Shown here in pieces: positions 1 through 9,045 of a DNA stretch of 64,000 nucleotides. The notes below the pieces were generated by a model. It made no database searches. It was not told where the DNA came from and saw only the letters and a program-made list of their open reading frames with translations. The DNA comes from an uncultured Chloroflexia bacterium. GTDB taxonomy: Bacteria; Chloroflexota; Anaerolineae; B4-G1; SLSP01. The translations under genes were made by a program, and so were the position numbers. The number at the start of each line of letters is the position of its first letter. Within the stretch, counting starts at the first letter, position 1. The stretch is from the NCBI GenBank assembly GCA_963751345.1, contig CAVVUS010000022.1:1-64000 (forward strand), read 5' to 3'.

Positions 1-385
1 ACGAACGTGGCGGCTCCGTCGTAGACCACGTAGGCGAAGGCGTAATAGGCGACGAGGAGCGCGGGGTTGTCCACGGTGGGCGCCACCAGAGCAGCATGAA
101 CGCCAGAGCAAAAGGAAGCGGCCCGAAGAGCAGGAAGGGACGCCGCCTCCCCCACCGTGATCGCGTCCGGTCGGAGATATGGCCGATGATGGGATCGTTG
201 ATCCAGTCCCAACTCTTGCCGATGAGGATCGCAATGGCCGCCATCCCCGGCGAGATCCCCACGACATCGGTCAGAAAGATGGCCAGGTAAGCACCGACGA
301 TGGTGGACGTCAGACTGAACCCGATGTCTCCGGAACCGTACAGGAGCTTGGTGCGACGCGATAGCTGCACTGGTATGGCTGTCAT
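1..385 (-). CDS. MFS/GPH-family (Na+/melibiose-type) sugar transporter, N-terminal part; runs off the window
   Basis: Manual translation MTAIPVQLSRRTKLLYGSGDIGFS...WDWINDPIIGHISDRTRSRWGRRRPFLL (GPH motif); GGAGG RBS. Confidence 0.85.
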   Translation of the reverse strand, partial: MTAIPVQLSRRTKLLYGSGDIGFSLTSTIVGAYLAIFLTDVVGISPGMAAIAILIGKSWDWINDPIIGHISDRTRSRWGRRRPFLLFGPLPFALAFMLLWWRPPWTTPRSSSPITPSPTWSTTEPPRS

Positions 386-413
386 GGGTCCTCCCGGCTG
401 TGGTGATGGGGAG

Positions 414-442
414 AGTATAGGGAGGCTGAAAGGATTAGTCAA
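414..442 (-). promoter_or_regulatory. sigma70-type promoter of the GPH transporter
   Basis: TTGACT-17 bp-TATACT on the minus strand. Confidence 0.7.
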
Positions 443-596
443 TCAATGCAAAAGCGACAGAGCGGTTGAGCGGAGATCAAGCGATACAGGAAACGTCGCG
501 TCACCCATACATAGACCGGGCGACGTTCGGGGTAACTACATCTTCAGGGATGAGCGCCGCGTACGACTGTGACGACTTTCGCCGGTCCGCTTTTCC

Positions 597-2607
597 TCAC
601 CGCAGCCAGGTATCGACCAGCTCGCCGTACTGGCCGGACGCGCGGATGGCGTCGAGCGCGCCGTTGACACGCTCCAACTGATCGACGCGGCCCTGGGGCA
701 GGACGATGCCGTAGAGGTCCTCCGTCAGCGGGTCACCGACGATCTTGACCCGAGGCCCGGCAGCCTCCGGCGCTCTGACCCGCCGGGCCGCGGTCACGAG
801 ATCACAGACGACGGCATCGACGGCGTGCTCGTTCAGCGCGATGAAGGCAGCTTCCGGGCCGTCGAATGGCCGGATTGCGACCTCGCCGATGCGCTCCAGC
901 GCTGCCACCCCCGGCGTGCCATCCTGAACACCCACGGGACGGCCCCGCAGGTCAGGCGCACCTCCGATGTCGCTGTCCATCGGGACGACAATGACGTAGC
1001 CGCCATTGAGATAGGGCTCGGAGAAGAGGAATCGCTGCCGGCGTTCGTCGGTGATCGTCACCGACGAGATGACCGCGTCGAAATCGCCCCGCTCAAGGCC
1101 CGGAAACAACTCACCTCGTGGCACGGTGACGAACTCGACCCCGAAGCCGGCGCGCTCGCCGACGAGGCGCATCAGGTCGATGTCGAAGCCTACCAGACTG
1201 CCCTCAGGGTTCACGAACCCCATCGGCGGCAGATCCGGTGCGGTTCCGACCGCCCACACATCGGCGGGGACCCCCGCTTCTCCGGCGGGGACGCCGGGAC
1301 GAGGCGTTTGCCTCACAGGTCCCGGAAGTGGGGCGCTGGGGCAAATAGGGAAAGACTGTCAAAGTAACCCAGGTACCAGAGGCCACCGGCCCCCACGACA
1401 GCCAAGACGATCACGGCACCAAGAGCCCACAGCCATCTCCTCTTCCGTTGGGTTGCACCCCGCCCGGTGCTTCTCGCCACCTCGGCGCCGGCACGGGGCG
1501 TCGCAGCAGAGGCAAGGGACGTCGGCGCAAGTGGGGGGAGGAGGTGCCGTGCCGCTCGGAAGCGGGCCGCATCTGAGCGGCGCGGTCGGGCACAGACACC
1601 TCAGCCGCCGCACCCCTGGGGGCACGGCGTTCGGCTTCGGCGCGGATGGTAGCGGGCAGGGGCTCGACCGCATGTCCCGAGACCTGTGGTGGGGCTTGTG
1701 GCGAGGGCTCCAGGGATGCTTCGGGCAGCACCTCGGTCGGCTCGGGCATACGGACAGGCGCAGGTTCCGGCCCGGACTGCGCAGTCGAGTTGAGAGCTTC
1801 GAGCATCGTTCGAGCGTTCGGGAAGCGGGCGTCGCGTGCCAGCTCCATCGCCTTCAAGATGACGGCCTCGGTGTTGGCGCTCACTTCGGGATTGAGGCGA
1901 CGCACGGGGACGAAAATGGCCGGATCGGCCATGCGGTCGGTCGCCGTCGGCGGCGCCTGCCCTGTGAGCGCATGGTACATTGTGGAGCCAAGGCTGTAGA
2001 GGTCGCTGCGTGGATCGGTATGGCCGGAGCGCAGGCTGTACTGCTCGGGCGGCGCGTACTCCAACGTTCCCATCCCGCGCACGACCGTCTGCGTCACCGG
2101 ATTGGCGGGATCCCACAGCTTGACAAGCCCGAAGTCAACCAGGATAGCGTGGCCGTCAGAGGTGATGATGACGTTGTGGGGCTTGACGTCGCGGTGGAGG
2201 ACGCCCTGGGCGTGGCAGTAGGCCAGCGCGTCGAGCAGCTCGGCCATCCACGCGACGACCTGTGCCTCCGGAAGCGCACCGTCCCGCTTAATGCGGTCGG
2301 CCAGGCTCTCGCCCTCCACGAAGTCCATGACCAGATAGGCGTTCGGGTCCTCGATGAAAAAGTCGCTGACCCGCACGAGATTAGCATGGCGCAGCCGGGC
2401 GAGGGTCTTCGCCTCCTGCTCGAACTGCCCCCGAAGATCGTGCAGCATACCCTCGTCGAGGCCGGGCTGGACAGTCATCTCCTTGACAGCCACGGAGACG
2501 TCCAGCCGCGTGTCGTAGCCTCGGAAGACAGCACCCATGCCGCCTTTGCCGAGGAGTGATCCGACGCGGTACCGTTCCTGAAGTAGATCCCCCGAGGCCA
2601 GTGTCAT
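597..2607 (-). CDS. Hanks-type Ser/Thr kinase with TM helix and C-terminal family-3 amino-acid solute-binding domain (rejoined across two homopolymer frameshifts)
   Basis: Kinase motifs GKGGMG, VAVKE, HRDVKPHN, DFG, GTLEYAPPE; intermediate frame gives RKRRWLWALGAVIVLAVVGAGGLWYLGYF; SBP motifs GFDIDL, SVTITDERR, FSEPY; shifts fall at G-runs 1533-1538 and 1330-1333. Confidence 0.75.
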
Positions 2608-2694
2608 TGCGCCCTCCTATACAGAGGATAGGCCTGGACCGAGTATAGGTCGATCCGTGGGCGGCACAAGAGGACGCTCCGCGTTGGGTCTGAG

Positions 2695-3051
2695 CTAACA
2701 GGTCGGCTCGGCAGCCCCCGTGAGCGCGGCACGGATCATCGCTGCCGCGCAGCCGACGCCGCTGTCGACCATAAGCGCGCCGGTCGGGCAGTTACGTTCG
2801 CACGCGCCGCACTCCATACACGCATCCGCTCGAACGATCTCCACAACCGCGCGCCCCGACTGCGCTACGCCGGGCAAGAAAACGCCGTGAGGACAGACCA
2901 TCGAGCACAGCCCGCAGTTGATGCACAGCTCGGCCTTGAAAGCCAGCGTGTTCAGTGCGCTGACAGGAACAAAACTCTCGTCTCGCTCATCCGAACATCC
3001 GCACGTGGTCGTCGTCTCACAGCAACTCGTGGTTCCACAGCAACTTGCCAT
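2695..3051 (-). CDS. hgcB: Mercury methylation ferredoxin HgcB with Cys-rich N-terminal extension
   Basis: Two CxxCxxCxxxCP motifs including CMECGAC, conserved GVGCA, position directly after hgcA; ATG 3051 has a GGAG RBS. Confidence 0.9.
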   Translation of the reverse strand: MASCCGTTSCCETTTTCGCSDERDESFVPVSALNTLAFKAELCINCGLCSMVCPHGVFLPGVAQSGRAVVEIVRADACMECGACERNCPTGALMVDSGVGCAAAMIRAALTGAAEPTC

Positions 3052-3139
3052 TGTGTCTCCTGTGCGCTTGGTGAAGCCACCTCTCCGAAGGCGTCGAGAT
3101 TGGGCCATTCTCAGAAAGATTGGGTCCAATTTCTCTGAA

Positions 3140-4123
3140 TTACGCAACCCAGCCGTAGATCGATAGGCTAACCGTCAACAGAATCCCGGCTCCGAAAAGC
3201 CCGGCCATGACGCGCAGGTATGCCATCATCTCCCGGCGGACGCCGGTCCTGGAGGTGAACGTCGTCGATCCGGTGAAGTTGAGGGCCAAATAGGCAGTGA
3301 TCGGCGGCATCGCCAGCAGATAGGCGACCGGCCAGCCCACGTGCTGCCACAGCGCCCCGCCCGGCGATACCACTGCCACCGCTGCAAAGACGACCGCCAC
3401 GACTGTCCCCAGGATAAAGCCCTTAGCACTGAAGGTGCGCGCGGGCAACCAGGGCAGCAGGATGGGGAATAGAACCGCGCCTGCAAGCACGGCTGCCATC
3501 GCCGCCCATCCCGCCAAAGGCGAGACGAGCAAGCCCAGCGCCAGGGCTGCCACAAGTGCCGGCAAGAAGACGTGCACGAGCTCCACCGGGACCAGGACCA
3601 GACGATCCCGCAGTGTGAAGCGCACTCGGCGCATCTCAGGCGTGGCCGTTCCGGTCGCCAGGTAGTCCGGCAGGTCTTCAGCACGCACAGGCCCGTAGGT
3701 GACCTTGAAGCCCGTGCGCTGCTTGACCTCGTGTGCGGAGACACCGGGAGCGCCGAGCTGTGGCAGGATCAGGTTCCGGTGCGAGACGACGTCGGCCAGG
3801 CCGGATGACTCGATCCGGTGCACCACCTCGTCGGTGCCAAAGGTCCCCTTCCCCGCCGCACACCAGACATTGACACCCTGGGTATCGAGCACCAAGATGT
3901 AACCGTCCACACCCACCAGCGCCGATCGCAGAGCGTCGAAGCTAAGGCTGTAGTTGGCGGTCACGAAAACGGGCGAGTCGGACGTCGGCGCGCCGAGCGC
4001 ATAGAGACCCGGCGTGACGCGATGATTGCCGCGCTTGTATCCCCACCGGGCCAGTGCATGGTCCCAGTGGTCGGCCAGCGTCAGAGCGCTGGTGGTCGTC
4101 ACCGTGTGTTCCGCAGTAACCAT
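3140..4123 (-). CDS. hgcA: Mercury methylation corrinoid protein HgcA
   Basis: Cap-helix motif NVWCAAGK, VTANY, PQLGAPG, GPVRA; C-terminal TM helices with NFTGSTTFTS; 327 aa. Confidence 0.96.
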   Translation of the reverse strand: MVTAEHTVTTTSALTLADHWDHALARWGYKRGNHRVTPGLYALGAPTSDSPVFVTANYSLSFDALRSALVGVDGYILVLDTQGVNVWCAAGKGTFGTDEVVHRIESSGLADVVSHRNLILPQLGAPGVSAHEVKQRTGFKVTYGPVRAEDLPDYLATGTATPEMRRVRFTLRDRLVLVPVELVHVFLPALVAALALGLLVSPLAGWAAMAAVLAGAVLFPILLPWLPARTFSAKGFILGTVVAVVFAAVAVVSPGGALWQHVGWPVAYLLAMPPITAYLALNFTGSTTFTSRTGVRREMMAYLRVMAGLFGAGILLTVSLSIYGWVA

Positions 4124-4132
4124 AGATCTCTC

Positions 4133-4465
4133 CTACAGAATATGATCCACCATCTGCCTGAACCAGGCAATGCTCTCGGCGTTCAGGCAGTAACAGCGCG
4201 CGGGACCTTCGGTAATTCCGGTGATCCAGCCGGCCTCTCGCAGCACCTTGAGATGCTGTGAGACGGTCGCCTGCGCGATGGGCAGATAATCGACGATATC
4301 ACCCGTGATGCAGCCGGGGTGCGTCACGAGGAACTTGAGGATCTCGAATCGGATCGAGTTCCCCATCGCCTTGGCCATGCGCACGAAGCGCTCCTGAGCT
4401 TCGCCTGAGATGTCCAGGCTGCAGCACGCTTCGGGTACGGAACAACATGCGTCCGGTGAGGACAT
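4133..4465 (-). CDS. ArsR/SmtB-family transcriptional regulator
   Basis: KAMGNSIRFEIL..C..GDIV...PIAQATVSQHLKVLREAG..CYC; N-terminal CC pairs. Confidence 0.92.
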   Translation of the reverse strand: MSSPDACCSVPEACCSLDISGEAQERFVRMAKAMGNSIRFEILKFLVTHPGCITGDIVDYLPIAQATVSQHLKVLREAGWITGITEGPARCYCLNAESIAWFRQMVDHIL

Positions 4466-4477
4466 GGGGGCCCTTTC

Positions 4478-4526
4478 ATCGTAATTTTACGATATTAAGT
4501 GTACAACGAAAACGGGGCCCTGTCAA
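4478..4526 (-). promoter_or_regulatory. sigma70 promoter and palindromic operator of arsR-hgcA-hgcB
   Basis: TTGACA (4526-4521)-17 bp-TACACT (4503-4498); 7-2-7 inverted repeat ATCGTAA-TT-TTACGAT at 4478-4493 overlapping the expected transcription start. Confidence 0.8.
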
Positions 4527-4565
4527 TGGGGAGAAGGAGCAGTTGAGTGGGGGTTCCCGGGCGCG

Positions 4566-4991
4566 TTAGGACGCCCGGAACCGACTTACGGGCTGCGCGG
4601 CTGCATCCACGTTGCGACCGGGCACGACGCCCGCCAGCGATGCGTCCGTATAGATCTGGATCTGCTGCCCGACGGCGTTGAGCCGATCTGCCGTGACGTC
4701 ATCGACCTCACCGGCGATACCGTTGCGGATCATCCAGGCGCGTCCGCCATCGGCGACACCCGCGCAATCCGCCACCAACGCGAACCTGCAGTCGTCTCCC
4801 TTGCAGACCAGCACCTGCTTGCCAACGTCGTGGCAGTCGAGCAACGCGATGTGCGCTCCGTCATATTCGGGCAGCTGGCTTGGCAGACTGCCACTTCTCT
4901 GGCGCACCTGGACGACGCTTTGAAACACACCGGGATCGTAACGACTCGCGATCCCCGTCACAGCGATTACGGCAATTAGCACTCTACCCAT
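4566..4991 (-). CDS. Small exported protein, RlpA/expansin-like double-psi beta-barrel (putative)
   Basis: GGAGG RBS, hydrophobic N-terminus, GIASRY..GKQVLV..ALVADC..GEVD..TA.RL pattern. Confidence 0.5.
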   Translation of the reverse strand: MGRVLIAVIAVTGIASRYDPGVFQSVVQVRQRSGSLPSQLPEYDGAHIALLDCHDVGKQVLVCKGDDCRFALVADCAGVADGGRAWMIRNGIAGEVDDVTADRLNAVGQQIQIYTDASLAGVVPGRNVDAAAQPVSRFRAS

Positions 4992-5134
4992 AGAACCTCC
5001 AACAATATGAGGGGGCCGCTCCACAGAGGAGCCGGCCCCAAGTCGGTCGTGGCTCACGACCGTAGCCCACGACGCAGGCGGGGATCTTACCACGGAATCC
5101 GGCCGAGCGTAGACCGGCCGAGACGGCCGCCGCA

Positions 5135-5163
5135 TAGACAACCGTCCGGTCCAGGGATAGAAT
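5135..5163 (+). promoter_or_regulatory. sigma70-type promoter
   Basis: TAGACA-17 bp-TAGAAT upstream of 5224. Confidence 0.55.
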
Positions 5164-5223
5164 GCGGACAGCCTGATCAATACTCGACTGGCAGAACGGA
5201 CTCAATCGGAGGTTCACCGATCT

Positions 5224-6883
5224 ATGAAGACAATCGATCTGACCGAAGTCAGCACCTACCCACTCGCGGAGCGGCGAAACCTGGTCCACCTCTCCGATCT
5301 GCTGAACCCGGATGACCCGGCACCCGTGTTTCCCCCAACGCACGCCGTCGACCTGCAGGCGCTCAATGCCGTCGCGGATGCGATTATAGCCGCGCGCCAA
5401 GTGGGTGCGTCGGTCATGTGGATGATGGGCGCGCACGTAATCAAGAGCGGGCTCTCGCGGCTGGTCATTGACCTGCTGGAGCGCGGCATCCTCACCCACG
5501 TGGCGGGCAATGGCGCCGTGTCGATCCACGACGTGGAGTTAGCGCTGATAGGGGAGACCAGCGAGGACGTGGCGACGAGTATCGAGGACGGCAGCTTCGG
5601 TATGGCCGACGAGACCGGCAGGCTGATGCACCTGGCCCTACGAGAGGGGGTCCGTGATGGCCTGGGGTATGGCGCCGCCATAGGCCGCTATATCGACCAA
5701 CACCCTGAACGGTTCCCGCATCGCGACGTGAGCGTGCTGTGGCACGCATACCGGCTGGGTATTCCGGCCACAATCCACGTCACCATCGGCACCGACATCA
5801 TCCACCAGCATCCCACGGCGGACTTCACGATCCTGGGCACCGCCACCGGGCGCGACTTTGTGCGCTATGTGACCTCCGTGAGCCAGCTGGAGGGCGGGGT
5901 TTTCGTCAACTTCGGCTCGGCGGTCACCGGCCCCGAGGTCTTCCTGAAAGCGCTCACCATCGTGCGCAACCTGGGATATACGGTCTCGCACATCACGACG
6001 GGCAACTTCGACCTGATCTCACTGGGTGACGACATTCACGGGCGCCTTGGCTACGACGACCCGCTCTACTACTACCGCCCGCGCAAGAACATCGTCAACC
6101 GCCCCACTTCCCTCGGCGGCGCGGGCTACCACGTCACCGGAGACCACGTGGTCACGATCCCCAATCTGCACCATCGCGTGGTGGCCGCACTGGATCGTGT
6201 GGCGAAGAGCGACGTCGCAGTCCGCCCGAGATGCCGCTGCCAGCGGCGGCGGATGACGATATCGACGGAGCTGCTGACCCGCCAGCCGGAGCTATCGACG
6301 GTGAAGGCCGACTTGGTGCGCGCCTTCGGGGAGCTGATCCGCGCCTTCAAGTCCGGCGGCACACTCTATCTCTGCGGCAACGGCGGCAGCATGGCCGATG
6401 CCCTTCACATCTCCGGGGAGCTCCTCAAATCCTATGCCCATGCCCGACCGCTCACCGAGAGCCTCCGCCGACGCCTGGCGGGCGTGCCCGACGGCGACCT
6501 TCTGCTGCGAAACCTCGAAGGTGGGCTGCGGGCCGTGGTGCTGGGGGCGAACCCCTCGTTGGCAAGCGCCGTAGCCAACGATCGCCCCGACCGTGACGTG
6601 GGATTTGCGCAGGAACTGGTCGCGCTGGCCCGGCCGGGCGACGTCCTCTTCGGGATCAGCACCAGCGGAAATGCGCGCGACATCGCCTATGCCGCCCAGG
6701 TGGCGCAGGCTGCCGGGCTCACGACCATCGGCCTCACGGGATCGGGCGGCGGGCGGCTCGCTCGAGCTTGCCGACGTCGCGATCCGCGTGCCCGCCGAGC
6801 GGACGGACCGGATCCAGGAACTGCACGAGCTGTGCTACCATGCCCTCTGCGAGATGATCGAGGTGACACTATTTGCGGCGTAA
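5224..6883 (+). CDS. Fusion of a deoxyhypusine-synthase-like domain and a SIS (GmhA-like sugar-phosphate isomerase) domain; frameshift near 6765
   Basis: MGAHVIK, NGA..IHD, IGTDIIH, GSAVTGPEVFLKA; then LCGNGGSMADA.HISGEL and GISTSGN; the alternate frame ends T.RIQELH...YHALC. Confidence 0.75.
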
Positions 6884-6904
6884 GCAGTTCCCGGACCCGT
6901 AAGC

Positions 6905-7033
6905 CGCACGGGGATGAAGTCCCCGTGCTATCAAGCGACGCCCGATCAATCGGGCTTAGGGAGCCTGTGGACGCGTAGTGAAGCCCCATTGATGGGGCGA
7001 CTGTATGTAAGCCCGGCGACTTCATCGCCGGGC
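6905..7033. repeat. Cluster of four REP-like GC-rich hairpins
   Basis: GCACGGGGA..TCCCCGTGC; GCCCGATCAATCGGGC; GCCCCATTGATGGGGC; GCCCGGCGA..TCGCCGGGC. Confidence 0.7.
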
Positions 7034-7067
7034 AGTGGATCGCACTAGCAACGGGGAGGGATGAGGG

Positions 7068-9026
7068 TTGGACAAATCGCTGATCGGACTGGCTCCCCCG
7101 CGAGCGGCTGCAGGCGCTGCTCGACCGCGCCCAATCGTGTCGTGTGGGCGTGATCGGCGATCTGGCCCTGGATGGCTACTGGACTGCCGACATGACCCGC
7201 TCATTTCTCTCGCGAGAGACCCCGCGTTTCCCACGTCCTGTCGTGGCCGAACGCTACGCACCCGGTGCGGGCGGCAACGTGGCGCAGAACCTGAGCGCCC
7301 TGGGTATCCGGCAGGTCACGGTCTTCTCCGTGCTCGGCGACGATTGGCGCGGCAGGATCCTGCAGCAGGAGATGGCGGCGCGCGGCATCACCGTCGACCG
7401 CCTGGTGATCTCGTGCGACCGCAGCACGAGCACCTACATCAAGCCGATCCTGACCGGTTACGAGTCGGAGCAGGAGGATTCGCGGCTCGACTTCGAGAAC
7501 GCACAACCGCTGGCAGCCGATCTTGAGGACGCCCTGATCGCGAGTGTGACCGACACAATCGCTGACCTCGACGCGCTCTTGGTAGCGGACCAACTGGAGA
7601 TCAACGGGGTGGTGACCGATCGCGTCCGGGAGGCGCTGATCGATCTGGCGGTTGAGCATCCGGACACGGTCTTTGTCGCGGACTCCCGCAGCCGGGTCGG
7701 GCGTTTTCGCCACATGGTGGTGAAGCCGAACTGGGCGGAGGCGTCAGCCGCCGTCCTGGCGGGCCGCAGCGTACAGTCGGCCAACAGGGACGACCAGGAT
7801 GCGGTCGTGAAGGTCGCCCATGCGCTGGCGGAGCAGACCGGGCGGGCAGTCTGCATCACGTTGAGCGCCCGAGGCGCCATGGTCTGGGGGGATGGCACCA
7901 TGGCCCGGATACCCGCTGCCCCGGTGACCCCACCCCTCGACCCGGTGGGCGCGGGCGACACCTTCGGCGCCGCGCTGGCGACGGCGCTGGCCTGCGGGGC
8001 CACGCCACAGGAGGCGGCGGCGTTCGCTAACCTTGCTGCCGCGGTCATCGTCGAGAAGCTGGGCCAGACCGGGACCGCGACGCCGGAGGAGATCCTGGCC
8101 CGGCACGCACAGGTCCGACCTTCCGGGTTGGTGACGCCGTCAGACGGCGCCCGCAACCCGGAAGGTCGCACGACGGCAACGGAAGATGTAGGTATCGACA
8201 GACACCTCGATTGGCTGGAGGTCGTCAACCCCACTGTGCGGGTGGGCCACGTGCGCCACGCACTCTTCGACTTCGACGGCACGATCTCCGTCATTCGCCG
8301 CGGGTGGGAGCAGGTGATGATCCCGCATGATGGTCGAGATGATCTGCGATGGCCACCCCACCCCGCCGGGGCTGGAGGAGGAGGTCGCCGATTACGTCGA
8401 CCGCTCTACCGGAATCCTCACGATCAAGCAGATGCGGTGGCTCGAGGCGACAGTGCAGCGATACGGCATGGCCGCCGAGGTGAAGAGCGCCCGCAAGTAC
8501 AAGCACATCTACAATGAGCGTCTGCTGCTGCCGGTGCGCCGGCGTCTGGCGAAGATCGACGGGAGCCAGGCGGCGCGGGACGGCCTTGCCATCGCCGGAG
8601 CGCGCCGGTTCTTAGAAGGCCTTCACGAGCGGGGCGTCAGGCTCTATCTGGCCAGCGGCACCGACCACGTCTACGTGGTCGAGGAGGCCGAGGCCCTCGG
8701 CGTCGCCGGCTACTTCGAGGGACGCATCTACGGCGCCCGCGACGACAGCCGAGGCCTATGACAAAGCTCGCGTCATCGAGGACATCCTGACCGAGAACGA
8801 CCTGAGGGGTGAGGAACTATTGGTCGTGGGCGACGGCCCGGTGGAGATCCGCCACGCCAGAGCGCGTGACGCGGTCGCGCTGGGCGTGGCTGCCAATGAG
8901 GAGCGGCGCTATGGGCTCGATGCGCGAAAACGGGAGCGGTTGCTCTCCGCAGGTGCCGACCTGATCGTCGCGGACTTTGTCCACCACGCCGCGCTCGTCG
9001 AACTGCTGACTCGGAATCGTGAGTAG
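7068..9026 (+). CDS. PfkB/RfaE(HldE)-like sugar kinase fused to a HAD hydrolase (about 3 frameshifts)
   Basis: VIGDLALDGY, PGAGGNVA.NL, VKPN..E, DPVGAGD; then FDFDGT, LASGT, VVGDGPVEI. Confidence 0.75.
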
Positions 9027-9045
9027 GGGCTGAATGGAGGGAGAG

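Noticed and set aside
1051-2559. Long antisense ORFs (also 12530-13594, 13582-14802, 20033-21532, 44867-46066, 49866-51008, 56079-57125)
   Set aside because: Shadow ORFs opposite real genes, expected at high GC, with no motifs
2692-2697. Stop-codon readthrough (pyrrolysine) at the hgcB TAG
   Set aside because: The in-frame downstream sequence has no Cys tail and no pyl genes are present in the window
597-4123. Kinase-SBP as part of the hgc operon (Hg-cysteine sensing)
   Set aside because: The kinase has its own promoter-like site (TTGTGC-16-TATACT, 2669-2642) and RBS; adjacency alone is not evidence
3140-4123. CO dehydrogenase/acetyl-CoA synthase corrinoid subunit instead of HgcA
   Set aside because: The cap-helix Cys motif, TM domain and adjacent hgcB all identify HgcA
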